A stretch of 64,000 nt of DNA, taken from positions 496,001 to 560,000 of the forward strand of contig NIVC01000374.1 in the NCBI GenBank assembly GCA_002269645.1. Direction: 5' to 3'. Of this stretch, positions 60,445 to 64,000 are shown one piece after another; position 1 is the first letter of the stretch; each line of letters starts with the position of its first letter. This DNA is from Macrostomum lignano (Eukaryota). The notes under the pieces were generated by a model. It was not told where the DNA came from. It did not search any database and was given only the letters and a program-made list of their open reading frames with translations. The position numbers and the translations under genes are program-made.

Positions 60445-63400
60445 TCAAACAAGGCCGCCAACCTCCGGTGCAGCATCCACAGCCGTCGCGCCTTCATCCT
60501 CAGCCTCCGGCGGGTTCAGCAGCAGCTGCTGTTTATCATCGGCTCGCCTGCTGCCGCCGCCGCCGCCGCCGCCGCTGCTCCTGGTCGGTGCCGGCGTCGT
60601 TGTCGAATTTGACAAAGATTCGACGTCCTCGCAACGACCTGCCGCCGACACGGCCGAGTAGTGGAAGGCCGCCAGTTGCCGCCGTCGTTCTCTCAGCTTC
60701 GCCGCCAGCACCAGAGCCAGCACGGCGCAGACGAGGCCGCCCAGAATGGCGCTGACGGGCAGCAGGACGGCGACTAGGCGACGCCGGTTGTTGGCCTCGG
60801 CTTCCGCGTCCGCTTTGGCCAATTGAGCGGCCAATTTAGCGGCCGCTTCTGAGCTCGCGGCCAATTTGGTCGCCTCGGCGGCGTCGGCGCGTTCGCGCTG
60901 GCGTTTGAGAAGCTCGCTGCACCGCTTGCCCTGGGTAGGTTAAGTATATTGATAGAAAGATCGATAGGTAGGTAGATAGGTAGATAAGTAGGTATAGTTA
61001 GGTAGGTAGTACGGCAGGTAGGTAGTACGAGGTAGGTAGGTAGGTAGGTAGATAGGTAGGTAGATAGGTAGATAGGTAGGTAGATAGGTAGATAGGTAGG
61101 TAGGTAGATATGTAGATAGGTAGACAGGTAGGTAGGTAGATAGGTAGGTAGGTACGAGTAGGTAGATATGCAGATAGGTAGGTAAATATGTAGATAGGTA
61201 GGTAGGTAGATATGTACTCGTAGATAGGTAGGTAGGTAGATAGGTAGGTAGGAAGATAAGTAGGTAGATAAGTTGGTAGATAGATATGTAAATGGGTAGG
61301 TAGATAGGTAAAAAGGTAGGCTGGTAGGCTGATTGGTTATCATGTATCTGTTTTGATTAGCAACCTACTTACCCGACTATCTATAATTCTATTGATTCCT
61401 ACCAATCTACTTAGCTACCCTACTGCTCTCACCTGCAGAGCAGTCTGCTCAGTCCTATTGGGAGAGAACCCGCCCGAGCACAGGTTGCCGGGCAGCTTCC
61501 TGTAGCCGTCGGTAAGAACCCGCTGCACGCTGTCCTCGTCCGTGCAGACGTCCAGCTCCGGCACCCCGGGATCTCTGACGCAATCGCGTCCGCTGAATTC
61601 CCTTTTATAGCCAAACTCGCAGCCGAAGTCGGCTTTAGTGCAGTTGCAAGGCTCCACAGTCTGGCTGGGAGTGTAGCTGTAGTTATTAGCGCACAGGCTG
61701 TCCGGCTTCAGTCTCATGATGGTCTGCTTGGCTCCGAATACGCAGCCTCTTTCACTGCTGCCGCTGCTGCTGTTGCTGCTCTCGGAGTAGCTCAACGCCC
61801 CGTTGGCTAGCCAAGGCTCATAGTCTGAGGCTGAGCACTCCCTGGTCAGGATGGCGGCAAAGTCCAGTACGAACACTCGCCAGTGCTGCGACAGACTCGA
61901 AAACCCCCAGATGGCCACCGAAGTCGCTCTGCTGCCCGGCTCGCTGACGAATCCCGTGAAGCTGGAAGGCTGGAAACTTTGGCTCTCTGTTGCTCGAAAA
62001 AGACTTAGACCTAGCAATTATTGAACGAAAGCTATAACATGTTAGACAGATTCTAGATACGTTAGATATCCGCAAACAGGTTCCAAAACACTGGTCGGCA
62101 AACTCCGGCCCGCGAAGCCCGCGAAGTTGGTTTGTGTCTCTTCTCATCTCTCTTCTAATTTCTCTCCTCTCCTCTCATCTCGTCTTCTCTCTCTTCTCTA
62201 TTCCCTCTTCCTCTCTCATATCATGTCACCTGTTCTAAAGCATGCTAAATCATGTTTTGACAAACCCAGAATCATATTCATAACTGTAACAATCTCTCTA
62301 ACCGGTATTCCTCTGAGGTGAATTTGTAGCTGTGCCAGCACCGTCCAGCATCCGTGCTAAACTTCATCACTTGAGGCCCGCTATTGCCGTGAGCCACCGC
62401 AGCAATGAAGCCGCCATTGTTGCCAAGCTGTACGAAATGTGGCCCCTCCAACACTTTCGACCAGGTGTGGCCACCATTGTTGCTAAGGTAGACGTTGCTA
62501 GGCGAGCTAGTTTGCACGGATGCTCCTGTGTTGCCGTGGGCAATCAACAGGCCGGGAGCGGTTGCCAAGGAGACCGGCATCTGGGCTGGGTGACCCCGGG
62601 CAATGCTGTAGGCCGAGACCAGCTGCAAGATAGTTTTTTTGGAAATAAATTTCGTGCTTAAGTGATTTAGTACTTTGAAAACCTCAGGTAAAGTTGGCCC
62701 ATTTTCCAATAAAAGGCACACCAGCTTCTTCTAAATAAGCAATCACCCTCATCTAGCTACCCTAGTCTTAAAGCAGACATTCGTCTCTGGAAACGAACGG
62801 CCATTTAAAAATTAGCACCTCCAATACAGTAACAATATTCTACATGAAAATTCTGCACTGACCTGCAGCTGACACGAGCCGCTGCCCGCTCCCTCGCCAA
62901 GCAGACACTCTCCAGACGGCGCCTGCAACTTCATCCAATCGGCTCCGCGATTATGCGAGATCCTCGTGACCAGAGACAGGTCCGGGTCCATCACGGTTGT
63001 CAGGTAAGTGCCCGGCATAGATTCAACCCGATAGAAATCGCCAATTGCATCGCCTGGCGGATAAAATTGTCGTTCAAGCGATTTAGAGAACAACCGACCG
63101 GTTGCATCGGAGGTGTACAAAGTTCCATAGCCGTTGAGCCGTCCTGAGTCCACGTACACGAAAGCCAGGCCGTTAGCCACGTCCATGAGACTGGCAAAGC
63201 TATCAGGCGAAATGCTTGGCAAGCTAGTCCGGTGGAAGCTGGCTCCATAGTCTGTAGACACTGCCAATCGACGCGAAAGTCCGTACGTATCGGCCAACGA
63301 TAAGAACAGAAAATTTTCCCGTCCAACGTAAGAAAATATATTGTCTGCCAGAGGCCGCCAAATATCCCCAAAGTTGATTGTTTTTAATAGAGACCGAGAC

Positions 63401-63534
63401 GGTTTCGGTATCCGTGCGGCTGGGCCGGAGTTGCGGACAACGGACCCCAGAGACACTGCTTTGTCGCTGGAGATGCTCTGATCGACTACTGCGTAGATTG
63501 AGTTGGCCTGGTCTGTAGCTGAGCCCCAGCTAGC
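60445..63534 (-). CDS. SORT1: Sortilin (VPS10-domain receptor), 3' exons 63534-62863, 62622-62303, 61961-61433 and 60930-60445; upstream exons lie right of the window
   Basis: Asp-box repeats (STDYGASF, SNNGGHTW, STDAGRCW), LEGPH, SEPG, 10CC module (GCVFG...C.C...DFGCEFGY...GYRKLPGNLCSGG), a TM helix, and a YSAV sorting motif. The exact C-terminus is uncertain. Confidence 0.92.
60935..61330. repeat. (TAGG/TAGA)n microsatellite filling a sortilin intron
   Basis: Simple-sequence tract. Confidence 0.95.
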
Positions 63535-63579
63535 CTGAAATTGGTTAGGATTTTCAGTTGGTCTTTGATTTGAGAGTCT

Positions 63580-64000
63580 CTCTGACAGTGGAATGTCTGT
63601 GACAGGAACGTTCTTGATCGGAACTGACAGTGGAGTGTCTGTGACAGGAACGTTCTTGATCGGAACTGACAGTGGAATGTCTGTGACAGGAACGTTCTTG
63701 ATCGGAACTGACAGTGGAGTGTCTGTGACAGGAACGTTCTTGATCGGAACTGACAGTGGAATGTCTGTGACAGGAACGTTCTTGATCGGAACTGACAGTG
63801 GAGTGTCTGTGACAGGAACGTTCTTGGTCGGAACTGACAGTGGAGTGTCTGTGACAGGAACGTTCTTGATCGGAACTGACAGTGGAGTGTCTGTGACAGG
63901 AACATTCTTGATCGGAACTGACAGTGGAATGTCTGTGACAGGAACATTCTTGATCGGAACTGACAATGGAATGTCTGTGACAGGAACGTTCTTGGTCGGA
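63580..64000. repeat. 42-bp minisatellite (CTGACAGTGGAGTGTCTGTGACAGGAACGTTCTTGATCGGAA) in a sortilin intron
   Basis: About 10 tandem copies running off the window. Confidence 0.95.

Noticed and set aside
63535-63966. N-terminal MSVPIKNVPVTD repeats as part of sortilin
   Set aside because: They lie upstream of a good acceptor (TTTCAG, 63535) and come from the 42-bp intronic repeat.

Overview
Animal genomic DNA. GC-rich exons, very short introns and introns/spacers filled with minisatellites suggest a Macrostomum-like free-living flatworm, but this is an inference. Genes from left to right: VDAC (-, partial); a same-strand run of a NOL11-like 3' end, RCAN/calcipressin, PSMB3 and TFIIA large subunit (+, a candidate operon); four tRNA-Arg(TCG) genes; a decayed gene ending in a Dpy-30 motif (-); an atypical, probably O2-sensing, soluble guanylyl cyclase (-, 7 exons) with a long tail ending in a hydrophobic helix; a frameshifted TRP-like channel gene (-) with a degenerate paralog fragment; and the 3' part of sortilin (-). 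Bases 38143-53170 are four head-to-tail units of a non-autonomous Helentron/DINE-1-like element. Each unit carries minisatellites, a tRNA-like Pol III cassette and paired RFX X-boxes. RTE and other LINE fragments, SINEs, MITEs and more than 15 private tandem repeats fill the rest. All coordinates and alignments were read by eye; no searches were run.
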